The position numbers and the translations under genes are program-made. Shown here in pieces: positions 41,201 through 54,395 of a stretch of DNA of 64,000 bases. The stretch covers positions 1 through 64,000 of the forward strand of contig JAUCBJ010003790.1 of NCBI GenBank assembly GCA_032718475.1, written 5' to 3'. Below the pieces are notes generated by a model that was given only the letters and a program-made list of their open reading frames with translations, did not search any database and was not told the DNA's origin. Positions within the stretch are counted from its first letter, which is position 1. The number at the start of each line of letters is the position of its first letter. Source of the stretch: Nemertoderma westbladi (taxonomy: Eukaryota > Animalia > Xenacoelomorpha).

Positions 41201-42479
41201 GTTCTTTCTGTTCGCGTTCTTTCTGTTCGCGTTCTTTCTGTTCGCGTTCAAGTTGGAGTTCGCGTTCAAGTTGGAGTTCGCGTTCAAGTTGGAGTTCGCG
41301 TTCCTTCTGTTCGCGTTCCGCTTGCTCACGCTTACCTTTCTCTTCCAACTCCCGCAACTTTGCGTCTAACTTACGTGTTCGCTCCCTTTCCCGCTCGGCT
41401 TCCTTCCGTGCTTCCGATGCACGCAAAACTTCTGCCTGTTGTTCGTCCAGTCGGCGTCTTCTCTCCTCCGCCGAGTTGTGAGAAACAAGGGATCTAGCAC
41501 ATATAACCTTCCCTCGCGCGTGACTAACCTGGGAATCGCCGCTGTCTCTGGATGCATCGTCGGGTGGAGTCAACGTCCTCTGTTGGATGTTCTCCGTCGT
41601 CGGTAGCACCTGACCTGGTACCACCACTCCATTCTGCATCAGCCAGCTAGTAACTTCCCTTTAATACCTGCGCTCCTCCTTGTCTTGGATCTCTTCTCGC
41701 TCCACTAACTCTCTCAACTCTGCGTCACTCACTTGAGTCGCCTGCGCTTGTGATGTCCATAGCAGCCAGTTCTCCGTCCTAACTCGTCGGAATCGCTCCG
41801 ATAACTCGCGGTGCTCTCACAAGGCTGCTAAAACCCTGTCGTAAATCCTCGTCGCTACGTCGCTCGACTGAGACTCTACTGCCTTCTTTGCTAGGACTGC
41901 AAGCTCCTCCGTCTGCTTGAATAACGCTGAGTTATATCCTCTTCTAATCTCTACTAACTCTACCCTCCCGATGTTCGCTGAGTCAGCTAACATTTTCCTT
42001 ACCTTGTCCGCCGTCCGGGTTATATGTCCGGCATGCGCGCGAAGTTTCTTCTTCATCGCAGTGTCGAACTCTCTATCACTTACCTGACTTACGCTCGGTG
42101 GACTTGAAGGATTATTTCGGGAACTACGGGTACTCCTTACAGCCGTCGGGACCACGGCACTTACCATACCCACAGGTCTGGAAACCGGGCTCCGGGCTCT
42201 CGCTTCTGCTACACTACCTTCCCTATCACTCACCTCTGTCCGGGCTGCCGTACAGTCCTTCCTATCAGTAGCGGTAGGGGATCCTAATACTATTACCTGA
42301 GGTTGTTGTTCTTCCTCACTAGTCACTGTCTCGTCCTCCTGTTCACTTACGTCAGCGTCGCTCGCTGCGTCGTCATAGTCGGCATTGTCGTCAACAGTAA
42401 TATTGACGCTATCGTCAGTCGGCGGTCCAGCCGCCGTCTCGTAGCTGTCCTCTAGTGCCTCTTTGTCTGAGACACTCAT
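35214..42479 (-). pseudogene. BEL/Pao gag-protease-RT-RNase H-integrase N-terminus polyprotein, broken by two in-frame stops
   Basis: Gag Cys/His knuckles (CWACLAPGHVRRQC, CMECGRLHHKLLH), protease MLDTAS, RT YLPHH..KVRVVND / DIEAMFHQV / FYMDD, RNase H LHLFSDAS / RAELQAA / FYWTDA / NPADITSRG, and IN HxxxHH. ORFs 41817-42479 and 35205-41639 share a frame, separated by TGA (41817-41819) and TAA (41661-41663). Confidence 0.93.
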
Positions 42480-43572
42480 AGTCTAATAATGTTTGCCTTC
42501 CGGCAAAATATCTCGCAAAGTTCGAGATATGATTATAATTTAACCGAAATACGGTCAAATTATTTGTCTAATAATCAGTTGGTCCAAAATGTCAAAATAA
42601 ATTCGCAATGCAATATTGTGAATTTAATGGGGTATATAGTTATAGCAAATACTAACACAATATTTAAACAAAAATATTATTATATAGCTACTATATAGCA
42701 TTAAATACCGGTATAGCACAAAATAACTCTGAATCTAATACAAAATATTCAAAATATACTTGCCACCCGAATATTTCTAATTTTATATATAGCTCTAATC
42801 AACGTAATTTTAGTTTCAAATATTATATGTATCCACTAGCGCGTGGCTACATCTTCGGGTTGCGACTCTCTCTAACTCTCTCTCTAACTTGAGCGATTCA
42901 AAACCATGGCCGGCTAAACCTAAATATCCTAACTAATAAATTGAGTTCAGCTTCGCAGTTAAACAACCGATAATTTTTTACTGCTTCCACAAACACACTG
43001 GTGCCAACAGAACAACTAACCTTGTTTGCTGTGAGATTCCACGTCCGCGTCCAAAGATTCAGTCCCTTCGCTGATTGCAAACCGAACCCGCAGACCCACA
43101 CGAACCCCAAACTCAGAAGTTCCGTCTTGCCATGTATCTCCAGATGGTATAAAATAACTAAACGGTTACCTAACATACCGGTACAAAACTCTAGAATTTT
43201 ACAAAATAATTTTGACCGAAACTGAATTCTCGCAAACCTAGCTAAAATTTTCAAAAAAAACTTACTAATTACAATTTGCCCTAAGGCCTAAGGAACTGCT
43301 GTATTCGCAATTAGCAAAACGCACTACCGTACATCCACTGTATGCAGTACAGTAAGTAAAACAGTACACCAACCTAACAGCCTAATGATACTGTATGTGG
43401 TACGGCAAAACAAATGTCCCTTCTACCGTACGCAGTAACAACAATCAGCCTAATGTACTACTGTACTATTGTACGCAGCCAGTGAATACAGTAATCTAAA
43501 CTAACAGCCTAAAAGAATATACTCAATGTTCTACTGTACGCTACAGCCTACAGCAAATAAAACATACCTTAC

Positions 43573-45825
43573 TGTTAAACAACCGCGACACCTATACTAA
43601 CAGCAGAACTGTTGGACAGACAAATACCCGTATACCTCTCTGCCAACGTAATGAGCTCTCGCCTAACCAATAAGACACAAAGACTGCTCTACTGTTAAGT
43701 AAAGGGGATCAGGAGTGTGCTATTACTGTATTACTAAATTGTAAGGGTTGCTAAATACAAAACCGCTACTTACCGTTGGATGGCGCTAATCTGCCGTCCG
43801 CTAATATATTTTACTAAATTTACACAGCTCCTGCAAAATCGCTTGTTCCTTTCTCTACCGATCGCTCGATAGAGAGCTAACTGTTCGAATCTATGAGCCA
43901 CGCGGGAATAACCAAAACAATAAACCCGAGTCGGCTCCCTAAGCTTACTTAAGACGAGTGCGAGGGGCTTTGCACTCAGAGTATATTCTTACGCCTAATT
44001 TTACTACTGAAATACGCTAATGCCTACGTCTTTTCTAATCGCGAATACTGGGGGTTCCCTAACGGAATGTGTGAATGCGAGAATATTTAAAATAATCAAA
44101 ATGGTACAGTACAATGTCTTTCGTAGGTGATACCGCTCTGGGTCTAAACTTGCCTGCAGCTGGCTTTAGGCCAGCAACTCACTAGTGTCTTGCGTACTGA
44201 CTATTGCGATCTAGTTTATTACCCGCTAATGCAAATAACCGCTTAGCACTTAGCGTGAATAGTTTACAGTACTCTAATTATTACCTTAGCTACTCTCCGC
44301 TATGCTGCGTACTAATTCTTAATTTTTACTAATCAATTACAGTCACAAATATGTAACAGCGTACTAATTACTAAGAGTTCCAGAATGCGTAATTCTAATT
44401 TATTACGCAACAGGTTTCGCTAGTAATAGCCTAAATTGCCGTATTACTTTGACCTAAGCAGTAGTTAATTGTTGTAACTAAGAAATAGAAATCAATCAAA
44501 AGGGAATGGGGCGCCTACCTAAGCATTCGTAATCATAGGCACACTTCAGTAACACACCAATCAGCGTCAGCAATCACAGATCACAATAGTACAACTTGCA
44601 ATTATACAATCTGCAATTATATAATTCGCAACATAATAATTCGCAATTGACTAATTCGCAATCTACTTACTCGCAACTTACTTACTGTAAGGTATGCAGG
44701 CCCCTCCCGGGTACATCTAGGCTTCCTAACTAACCCAATTCCTGCCCCCTAATACTAAATAGAGACAAAACCTGGATCATCAGCCCCCTAATTACTGTAC
44801 CAGCGAGCGGTCTCCAACCTACAGTCCAAATCGCCCGACCGCAACGTTGACCCCCCCCAGCGTTGCCCGCTTTTGAATCCTCCGCTCTCCCTAGTCGCTC
44901 AACCCCCCGATGTGCCCACCGCCCACTGGCACCTTAGCCCTTCATTATGCTAATAGCTACCGTAGCGGCGCATGCAAATCACAAAGTCTGACAGTCTCAG
45001 AAATCCCTTAGGATTATTGCGCAGAAAGGAATCACATAGAACCATTAATCAAAAGTAGAAATCATAGTTCAGTTGTAATTAGCAGCAATCGAAAGAATTA
45101 ATTGAGAAACACAATCGAGAGTAATCGCACTAGCAAATCATTCCAAGAAATTAATCAAAATTAGCAAATTGCAGAAAATACGCTAAAATATCCGTCAAAA
45201 ATTGAATAAGGACAGCTCAGCAAGTACAAAGATGATAGCAGATCATGTGAGGTGTCATGTGAGGCTCTACCAGCACACCGCCAATTTATAGGTGATCCGG
45301 ATGGGGTGATGCAATAGGGTGACTCAATCGCTTTCTTATTGGCTCTCCAGTCCGTGCTAGCACTAGACCAACCTGGAAGCAGCTAGTCCAATAAGGAGGC
45401 CGGATTGTAGCCCTATTTGCTCCCCTTCCTCGAATTATTACCATATATGGTAATGGTTCACGTCTCTGGCTGCTGAATGGCCAGGACAGCGTCCCTATAT
45501 GCTAGCCCTACTAAAGCTAATATCAGCAAGCACGGAATCCAGGGTCCGAATAAACTTACCCTGGAACTATCTACATATAACCTAATACAAAATTACGTAG
45601 GTAGGGCTACATACTATACAAAATGGATGGATTCAAATATATGGGTGTTTCGATTTCCCTATCTAAATACCACTGCGTTATTATGCCTTATCTAAAATAT
45701 CATGCTGCACAACGGACTAATATTACATACTGCATAACGGACTAATATTGCATACTGCATAACGGACTAATATTGCATACTGCATGATGACTAATATTAT
45801 GGATACAGCGCCATATACCGTAACA
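43573..45825 (-). repeat. 5' LTR (2253 bp)
   Basis: Direct repeat of 27778-30012 plus an 18-bp extra segment near 44705. Confidence 0.96.
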
Positions 45826-47880
45826 TCTTATCTAATAATCGTTTCTTCTCTAATAATTGTTTATTCTCTAATAATTGTTTATTCTCTAATAATAATTGTT
45901 TCTTCTCTAATAATTGTTTCTTCTCTAATAATAATTGTTTCTTCTCTAATAATTGTTTATTCTCTAATAATAATTGTTTCTTCTCTAATAATTGTTTATT
46001 ATCTAATAATTGTTTCTTATCTAATAATTGTTTCTTATCTAATAATTGTTTCTTCTCTAATAATTGTTTCTTCTCTAATAATTATTTCTTATCTAATAAT
46101 CGTTTCTTCTCTAATAATTGTTTATTCTCTAATAATTGTTTATTCTCTAATAATAATTGTTTCTTCTCTAATAATTGTTTCTTCTCTAATAATAATTGTT
46201 TATTCTATAATAATAATTGTTTCTTCTCTAATAATTGTTTATTCTCTAATAATAATTGTTTCTTCTCTAATAATTGTTTATTATCTAATAATAATTGTTT
46301 CTTCTCTAATAATTGTTTATTCTCTAATAATAATTGTTTCTTCTCTAATAATTGTTTATTCTCTAATAATAATTGTTTCTTCTCTAATAATAATTGTTTC
46401 TTCTCTAATAATTGTTTATTCTCTAATAATAATTGTTTCTTCTCTAATAATTGTTTCTTCTCTAATAATAATTGTTTCTTCTCTAATAATTGTTTATTCT
46501 CTAATAATAATTGTTTCTTCTCTAATAATTGTTTATTCTCTAATAATTGTTTATTCTCTAATAATTGTTTATTCTCTAATAATAATTGTTTCTTCTCTAA
46601 TAATTGTTTATTCTCTAATAATAATTGTTTCTTCTCTAATAATAATTGTTTCTTCTCTAATAATTGTTTATTCTCTAATAATAATTGTTTCTTCTCTAAT
46701 AATTGTTTATTCTCTAATAATTGTTTCTTATCTAATAATTGTTTCTTCTCTAATAATTGTTTCTTCTCTAATAATTATTTCTTATCTAATAATCGTTTCT
46801 TCTCTAATAATTGTTTATTCTCTAATAATTGTTTATTCTCTAATAATAATTGTTTCTTCTCTAATAATTGTTTCTTCTCTAATAATTGTTTCTTCTCTAA
46901 TAATAATTGTTTATTCTCTAATAATAATTGTTTCTTCTCTAATAATTGTTTATTCTCTAATAATAATTGTTTCTTCTCTAATAATTGTTTATTATCTAAT
47001 AATAATTGTTTCTTCTCTAATAATTGTTTCTTATCTAATAATCGTTTCTTCTCTAATAATTGTTTATTCTCTAATAATTGTTTATTCTCTAATAATAATT
47101 GTTTCTTCTCTAATAATTGTTTATTCTCTAATAATAATTGTTTCTTCTCTAATAATAATTGTTTATTCTCTAATAATAATTGTTTATTCTCTAATAATAA
47201 TTGTTTATTCTCTAATAATAATTGTTTCTTCTCTAATAATTGTTTATTATCTAATAATAATTGTTTCTTCTCTAATAATTGTTTATTCTCTAATAATAAT
47301 TGTTTCTTCTCTAATAATTGTTTCTTATCTAATATTTGTTTCTTCTCTAATAATTGTTTCTTCTCTAATAATTGTTTCTTCTCTAATAATTGTTTCTTCT
47401 CTAATAATTGTTTATTCTCTAATATTTGTTTCTTCTCTAATAATTGTTTCTTCTCTAATAATAATTGTTTCTTCTCTAATAATTATTTCTTATCTAATAA
47501 TCGTTTCTTCTCTAATAATTGTTTATTCTCTAATAATTGTTTATTCTCTAATAATAATTGTTTTTTCTCTAATAATTGTTTATTCTCTAATAATAATTGT
47601 TTATTCTCTAATAATAATTGTTTCTTCTCTAATAATTGTTTATTCTCTAATAATAATTGTTTCTTCTCTAATAATTGTTTATTCTCTAATAATTGTTTAT
47701 TCTCTAATAATAATTGTTTCTTCTCTAATAATTGTTTCTTCTCTAATAATTGTTTATTCTCTAATAATAATTGTTTCTTCTCTAATAATTGTTTCTTCTC
47801 TAATAATTGTTTCTTCTCTAATAATAATTGTTTCTTCTCTAATATTTGTTTATTCTCTAATTATTATTGTTTCTTCTATT
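45826..47880 (+). repeat. 18/21-bp AT-rich minisatellite, right part
   Basis: Same unit as 22850-27777, continuing in register after the TSD. Confidence 0.97.
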
Positions 47881-48296
47881 AGCCTCAATAAGTTACTGTC
47901 AGTAACTTCGTTATCAGTGTCTGTGTCTGAAATGGGAAGGCAACTTTGGCTTCAATTGAAACCGCCAAGTTTCACATTCAGACTGTTGATAAAATATGTT
48001 AAGGGCCTATTAATTAATATATATTTGGTGCACTTAATTATACCTTATTTTAGCAATTTAACATAAATTCTGCTAATCAATTCTGTATTATTTCATTAAG
48101 TCATTATAAACCATGTACTGTAAGTTAAAGGAACCCGAGCTACTCACACCGGCGGCCCCTTCAATCAACAGCTCAACAGTTCGCGATCAACCATATACCT
48201 CCCCAATTAATCTGTATTATCAATATCGTCAGTGTTTAAGGAACGTTAATGGTGACTCTAGTTTCCTCTGGCCTACGGCGGCCATATACCGTATAT

Positions 48297-50478
48297 GGCA
48301 TTGTGCCTGGCACTGGTTGTAGAACTGATCACCCAACCCAGTACCGGTCCACGGCATAGTGCCTGGCACAGGTTGTACAAAGGTTAACCCAGTACCGGTC
48401 CACGGCATAGTGCCTGGCACAGGTTGTACTGAGGTTAACCCTTGTACAACCGGTGCCACGGCACTATGCCGTGGACCGGTACTGGGTTAACCTTTGTACA
48501 ACCAGTGCCAGGCACTATGCCGTGGACCGGTACTGGGTGTAACAGTTCTACAACCTGTGCCAGGCACTACGCCGTGGACCGGTACTGGGTGATCAGTTGT
48601 ACAACCTGTGCCAGGCACTATGCCGTGGACCGGTACTGGGTGATCAGTTCTACAACCAGTGCCAGGCACTATGCCGTGGACCGGTACTGGGTTAACCTTT
48701 GTACAACCTGTGCCAGGAACTATGCCGTGGACCGGTACTGGGTTGGGTGATCAGTTCTACAACCAGTGCCAGGCACTATGCCGTGGACCGGTACTGGGTT
48801 AACCTTTGTACAACCTGTGCCAGGCACTATGCCGTGGACCGGTACTGGGTTAACCTTTGTACAACCTGTGCCAGGAACTATGCCGTGGACCGGTACTGGG
48901 TTGGGTGATCAGTTCTACAACCAGTGCCAGGCACTATGCCGTGGACCGGTACTGGGTTAACCTTTGTACAACCTGTGCCAGGCACTATGCCGTGGACCGG
49001 TACTGGGTTAACCTTTGTACAACCTGTGCCAGGCACTATGCCGTGGACCGGTACTGGGTTGGGTGATCAGTTCTACAACCAGTGCCAGGCACTATGCCGT
49101 GGACCGGTACTGGGTTAACCTTTGTACAACCTGTGCCAGGCACTATGCCGTGGACCGGTACTGGGTTAACCTTTGTACAACCTGTGCCAGGCACTATGCC
49201 GTGGACCGGTACTGGGTTAACCTTTGTACAACCTGTGCCAGGCACTATGCCGTGGACCGGTACTGGGTTAACCTTTGTACAACCTGTGCCAGGCACTATG
49301 CCGCGGACCGGTACTGGGTGATCAGTTCTACAACCAGTGCCAGGCACTATGCCGTGGACCGGTACTGGGTTAACCTTTGTACAACCTGTGCCAGGCACTA
49401 TGCCGTGGACCGGTACTGGGTTAACCTTTGTACAACCTGTGCCAGGCACTATGCCGTGGACCGGTACTGGGTTAACCTTTGTACAACCTGTGCCAGGCAC
49501 TATGCCGTGGACCGGTACTGGGTTAACCTTTGTACAACCTGTGCCAGGCACTATGCCGTGGACCGGTACTGGGTTAACCTTTGTACAACCTGTGCCAGGC
49601 ACTATGCCGTGGACCGGTACTGGGTTAACCTTTGCTACAACCAGTGCCAGGCACTATGCCGTGGACCGGTACTGGGTTAACCTTTGTACAACCTGTGCCA
49701 GGCACTATGCCGTGGACCGGTACTGGGTTAACCTTTGTACAACCAGTGCCAGGCACTATGCCGTGGACCGGTACTGGGTTAACCTTTGTACAACCTGTGC
49801 CAGGCACTATGCCGTGGACCGGTACTGGGTGATCAGTTCTACAACCAGTACCAGGCACTATGCCGTGGACCGGTACTGGGTTAACCTTTGTACAACCTGT
49901 GCCAGGAACTATGCCGTGGACCGGTGTTGGGTTAACCTTTGTACAACCTGTGCCAGGCAATATGCCGTGGACCGGTACTGGGTTAACCTTTGTACAACCT
50001 GTGCCAGGCACTATGCCGTGGACCGGTACTGGGTGATCAGTTCTACAACCAGTGCCAGGCACTATGCCGTGGACCGGTACTGGGTGATCAGTTCTACAAC
50101 CTGTGCCAGGCACTATGCCGTGGACCGGTACTGGGTTAACCTTTGTACAACCAGTGCCAGGCACTATGCCGTGGACCGGTACTGGGTTAACCTTTGTACA
50201 ACCAGTGCCAGGCACTATGCCGTGGACCGGTACTGGGTTAACCTTTGTACAACCTGTGCCAGGCACTATGCCGTGGACCGGTACTGGGTGATCAGTTCTA
50301 CAACCAGTGCCAGGCACTATGCCGTGGACCGGTACTGGGTTAACCTTTGTACAACCAGTGCCAGGCACTATGCCGTGGACCGGTACTGGGTTAACCTTTG
50401 TACAACCTGTGTCAGGCACTAGGCCGTGGACCGGTACTGGGTTAACCTTTGTACAACCTGTGCCAGGCACTAGGCCGT
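48297..50478. repeat. 51-bp tandem array with an inverted left arm (foldback-like)
   Basis: About 40 copies of GCCAGGCACTATGCCGTGGACCGGTACTGGGTTAACCTTTGTACAACCTGT at 48442-50478, and about 2.7 reverse-complement copies at 48297-48441. Confidence 0.95.
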
Positions 50479-50777
50479 ACTTGCATTCGTCTGCTCTTAT
50501 TGTAAAAGTGATGAAAATTCTTAATAACAAGAATATATCCCTTCATAACCAAAGACTTTTGGAGAAAAACTTTTTTGCACCAAATTCTACTTATATTTAT
50601 GAAATTTAAGTAAAAAACGACGACAGAAAAGTATCATGACGTAATATAATATTAAAGAAATGCCACTGCAGATCCAATAGGGGGCGTACTTAGTAAAGTC
50701 TATAGGTCTACGATCCCCTTAAGGTAAACAATGTTGAGTAACAATAAACAGTTGGTGTTTATATATATTGGCGCACA

Positions 50778-50909
50778 TTAAGCTAAATAGACGTAAACTT
50801 TACGATCAGATGAACTTCGGGCCAAGTATTCGCGCTCTATAAGAGATTCAATTCGTTTTTTTATGTTTTGTGGACTTGGTGGGAACCGAGTTCGAAGTTG
50901 TTCAACAAC
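50778..50909 (-). CDS. CUL3: Cullin-3, last coding exon
   Basis: ttctcacag|[43 protein letters not shown], the cullin WH-B C-terminus; 132 bp, phase 0. Confidence 0.93.
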   Translation of the reverse strand, partial: VVEQLRTRFPPSPQNIKKRIESLIEREYLARSSSDRKVYVYLA

Positions 50910-51051
50910 CTGTGAGAAATAATAAAAATTACAAAATAATTGGATGTACAGGACATTCGGTAGGGCTATCAGCTATTTATTACTACCGATCTATACGGAA
51001 CGGACAATAAAGCGAGATGTAGTCACTTAGTCTGTTACTATGGTAACCAAC

Positions 51052-51263
51052 CTCTGATATTAACTGGTTGTTATTCAACTCCCTTCGACTCTTCATGATA
51101 CGAACTATAGCCGCTTCTATCTCGTGTTTGCGGTCCTCGTCAACTTTCGCTTTGGTTTCCTTACGTTCCGGTTCAGACTCTCCTTTAGCTGCTAAGCCGA
51201 CGACCTTCACTCGCATCAGTTTAGATGTGTATGAGTCATTAACAGAGAACAAGTGATCTTTAG
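51052..51263 (-). CDS. CUL3: Cullin-3 exon with the neddylation-site motif
   Basis: tttacag|(A)[70 protein letters not shown]|gttggt. IVRIMKSR motif present; phase 1 start matches the previous exon. The acceptor actually used is inferred. Confidence 0.9.
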
Positions 51264-54200
51264 CTGTAAATATAGATGTGTGTGAGTCATTAACAGAGAA
51301 CAAGTGATCTTTAGCTGTAAATATAGATGTGTATGAGTTATTAACAGAGAACAAGTGATCTTTAGCTGTAAATATAGATGTGTGTGAGTTATTAACAGAG
51401 AACTAGTGATCTTTAGCTGTAAATATAGATGTGTGTGAGTTATTAACAGAGAACAAGTGATCTTTAGCTGTAAATATAGATGTATGTGAGTCATTAACAG
51501 AGAACAAGTGATCTTTAGCTGTAAATATAGATGTGTGTGAGTCATTAACAGAGAACAAGTGATCTTTAGCTGTAAATATAGATGTGTGTGAGTTATTAAC
51601 AGAGAACAAGTGATCTTTAGCTGTAAATATAGATGTGTGTGAGTCATTAACAGAGAACAAGTGATCTTTAGCTGTAAATATAGATGTGTGTGAGTCATTA
51701 ACAGAGAACAAGTGATCTTTAGCTGTAAATATAGATGTGTGTGAGTCATTAACAGAGAACAAGTGATCTTTAGCTGTAAATATACATGTGTGTGAGTCAT
51801 TAACAGAGAACAAGTGATCTTTAGCTGTAAATATAGATGTGTGTGAGTCATTAACAGAGAACAAGTGATCTTTAGCTGTAAATATAGATGTGTGTGAGTC
51901 ATTAACAGAGAACAAGTGATCTTTAGCTGTAAATATAGATGTGTGTGAGTTATTAACAGAGAACAAGTGATCTTTAGCTGTAAATATAGATGTGTGTGAG
52001 TCATTAACAGAGAACAAGTGATCTTTAGCTGTAAATATAGATGTGTGTGAGTTATTAACAGAGAACAAGTGATCTTTAGCTGTAAATATAGATGTGTGTG
52101 AGTCATTAACAGAGAACAAGTGATCTTTAGCTGTAAATATAGATGTGTGTGAGTCATTAACAGAGAACAAGTGATCTTTAGCTGTAAATATAGATGTGTG
52201 TGAGTTATTAACAGAGAACAAGTGATCTTTAGCTGTAAATATAGATGTGTGTGAGTTATTAACAGAGAACAAGTGATCTTTAGCTGTAAATATAGATGTG
52301 TGTGAGTCATTAACAGAGAACAAGTGATCTTTAGCTGTAAATATAGATGTGTGTGAGTCATTAACAGAGAACAAGTGATCTTTAGCTGTAAATATAGATG
52401 TGTGTGAGTCATTAACAGAGAACAAGTGATCTTTAGCTGTAAATATAGATGTGTGTGAGTTATTAACAGAGAACAAGTGATCTTTAGCTGTAAATATAGA
52501 TGTGTGTGAGTTATTAACAGAGAACAAGTGATCTTTAGCTGTAAATATAGATGTGTGTGAGTCATTAACAGAGAACAAGTGATCTTTAGCTGTAAATATA
52601 GATGTGTGTGAGTCATTAACAGAGAACAAGTGATCTTTAGCTGTAAATATAGATGTGTGTGAGTTATTAACAGAGAACAAGTGATCTTTAGCTGTAAATA
52701 TAGATGTGTGTGAGTCATTAACAGAGAACAAGTGATCTTTAGCTGTAAATATAGATGTGTGTGAGTCATTAACAGAGAACAAGTGATCTTTAGCTGTAAA
52801 TATAGATGTGTGTGAGTCATTAACAGAGAACAAGTGATCTTTAGCTGTAAATATAGATGTGTGTGAGTCATTAACAGAGAACAAGTGATCTTTAGCTGTA
52901 AATATAGATGTGTGTGAGTCATTAACAGAGAACAAGTGATCTTTAGCTGTAAATATAGATGTGTGTGAGTCATTAACAGAGAACAAGTGATCTTTAGCTG
53001 TAAATATAGATGTGTGTGAGTCATTAACAGAGAACAAGTGATCTTTAGCTGTAAATATAGATGTGTGTGAGTCATTAACAGAGAACAAGTGATCTTTAGC
53101 TGTAAATATAGATGTGTGTGAGTCATTAACAGAGAACAAGTGATCTTTAGCTGTAAATATAGATGTGTGTATGAGTCATTAACAGAGAACAAGTGATCTT
53201 TAGCTGTAAATATAGATGTGTGTGAGTCATTAACAGAGAACAAGTGATCTTTAGCTGTAAATATAGATGTGTGTGAGTCATTAACAGAGAACAAGTGATC
53301 TTTAGCTGTAAATATAGATGTGTGTATGAGTCATTAACAGAGAACAATTGATCTTTAGCTGTAAATAAAGATGTGTGTGAGTCATTAACAGAGAACAAGT
53401 GATCTTTAGCTGTAAATATAGATGTGTATGAGTCATTAAGAGAGAACAAGTGATCTTTAGCTGTAAATATAGATGTGTGTGAGTCATTAACAGAGAACAA
53501 GTGATCTTTAGCTGTAAATATAGATGTATGTGAGTCATTAACAGAGAACAAGTGATCTTTAGCTGTAAATATAGATGTGTGTGAGTCATTAACAGAGAAC
53601 AAGTGATCTTTAGCTGTAAATATAGATGTGTGTGAGTCATTAACAGAGAACAAGTGATCATTAGCTGTAAATATAGATGTGTGTGAGTCATTAACAGAGA
53701 ACAAGTGATCATTAGCTGTAAATATAGATGTGTGTGAGTCATTAACAGAGAACAAGTGATCTTTAGCTGTAAATATAGATGTGTGTGAGTCATTAACAGA
53801 GAACAAGTGATCTTTAGCTGTAAATATAGATGTGTGTGAGTCATTAACAGAGAACAAGTGATCTTTAGCTGTAAATATAGATGTGTGTATGAGTCATTAA
53901 CAGAGAACAATTGATCTTTAGCTGTAAATATAGATGTGTGTGAGTCATTAACAGAGAACAAGTGATCTTTAGCTGTAAATATAGATGTGTATGAGTCATT
54001 AAGAGAGAACAAGTGATCTTTAGCTGTAAATATAGATGTGTGTGAGTCATTAACAGAGAACAAGTGATCTTTAGCTGTAAATATAGATGTATGTGAGTCA
54101 TTAACAGAGAACAAGTGATCTTTAGCTGTAAATATAGATGTGTGTGAGTCATTAACAGAGAACAAGTGATCTTTAGCTGTAAATATAGATGTGTGTGAGT

Positions 54201-54395
54201 CATTAACAGAGAACAAGTGATCTTTAGCTGTAAATATAGATGTGTGTGAGTCATTAACAGAGAACAAGTGATCTTTAGCTGTAAATATACATGTGTGTGA
54301 GTCATTAACAGAGAACAAGTGATCTTTAGCTGTAAATATAGATGTGTGTGAGTCATTAACAGAGAACAAGTGATCTTTAGCTGTAAATATAAATG
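51224..54395 (-). repeat. 51-bp array = CUL3 3' splice site + exon start, about 62 copies
   Basis: - strand unit acatctatatttacag|CTAAAGATCACTTGTTCTCTGTTAATGACTCACAC. Confidence 0.95.

Larger units (their letters stand above)
27778..45825 (-). mobile_element. Full-length BEL/Pao LTR retrotransposon (defective)
   Basis: Two ~2.2-kb direct LTRs with TGTTA...TAACA ends, a 5-bp TSD TCTTA (27773-27777 and 45826-45830), and gag-PR-RT-RH-IN domain order with Pao-type motifs. Confidence 0.97.

Noticed and set aside
36155-41557. Plus-strand and alternative-frame ORFs overlapping gag-pol
   Set aside because: Shadow ORFs of the polyprotein's coding bias and coiled-coil repeats.
42999-43010. TGGTGCCAACAG as the primer-binding site
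   Set aside because: Wrong strand and more than 550 nt from the LTR; better explained as part of the long-range inverted pairing.
45784-48066. 760-aa hydrophobic ORF (SSLIIV)n and similar ORFs at 26908-27805
   Set aside because: Stop-free frame of the 18/21-bp minisatellite that starts inside the LTR; no protein-like complexity.
48229-50609. Repetitive ORFs (VPGTMPWTGTG..., ARHYAVDRYW...)
   Set aside because: Open in several frames and both strands because the unit is 51 bp; not a gene.
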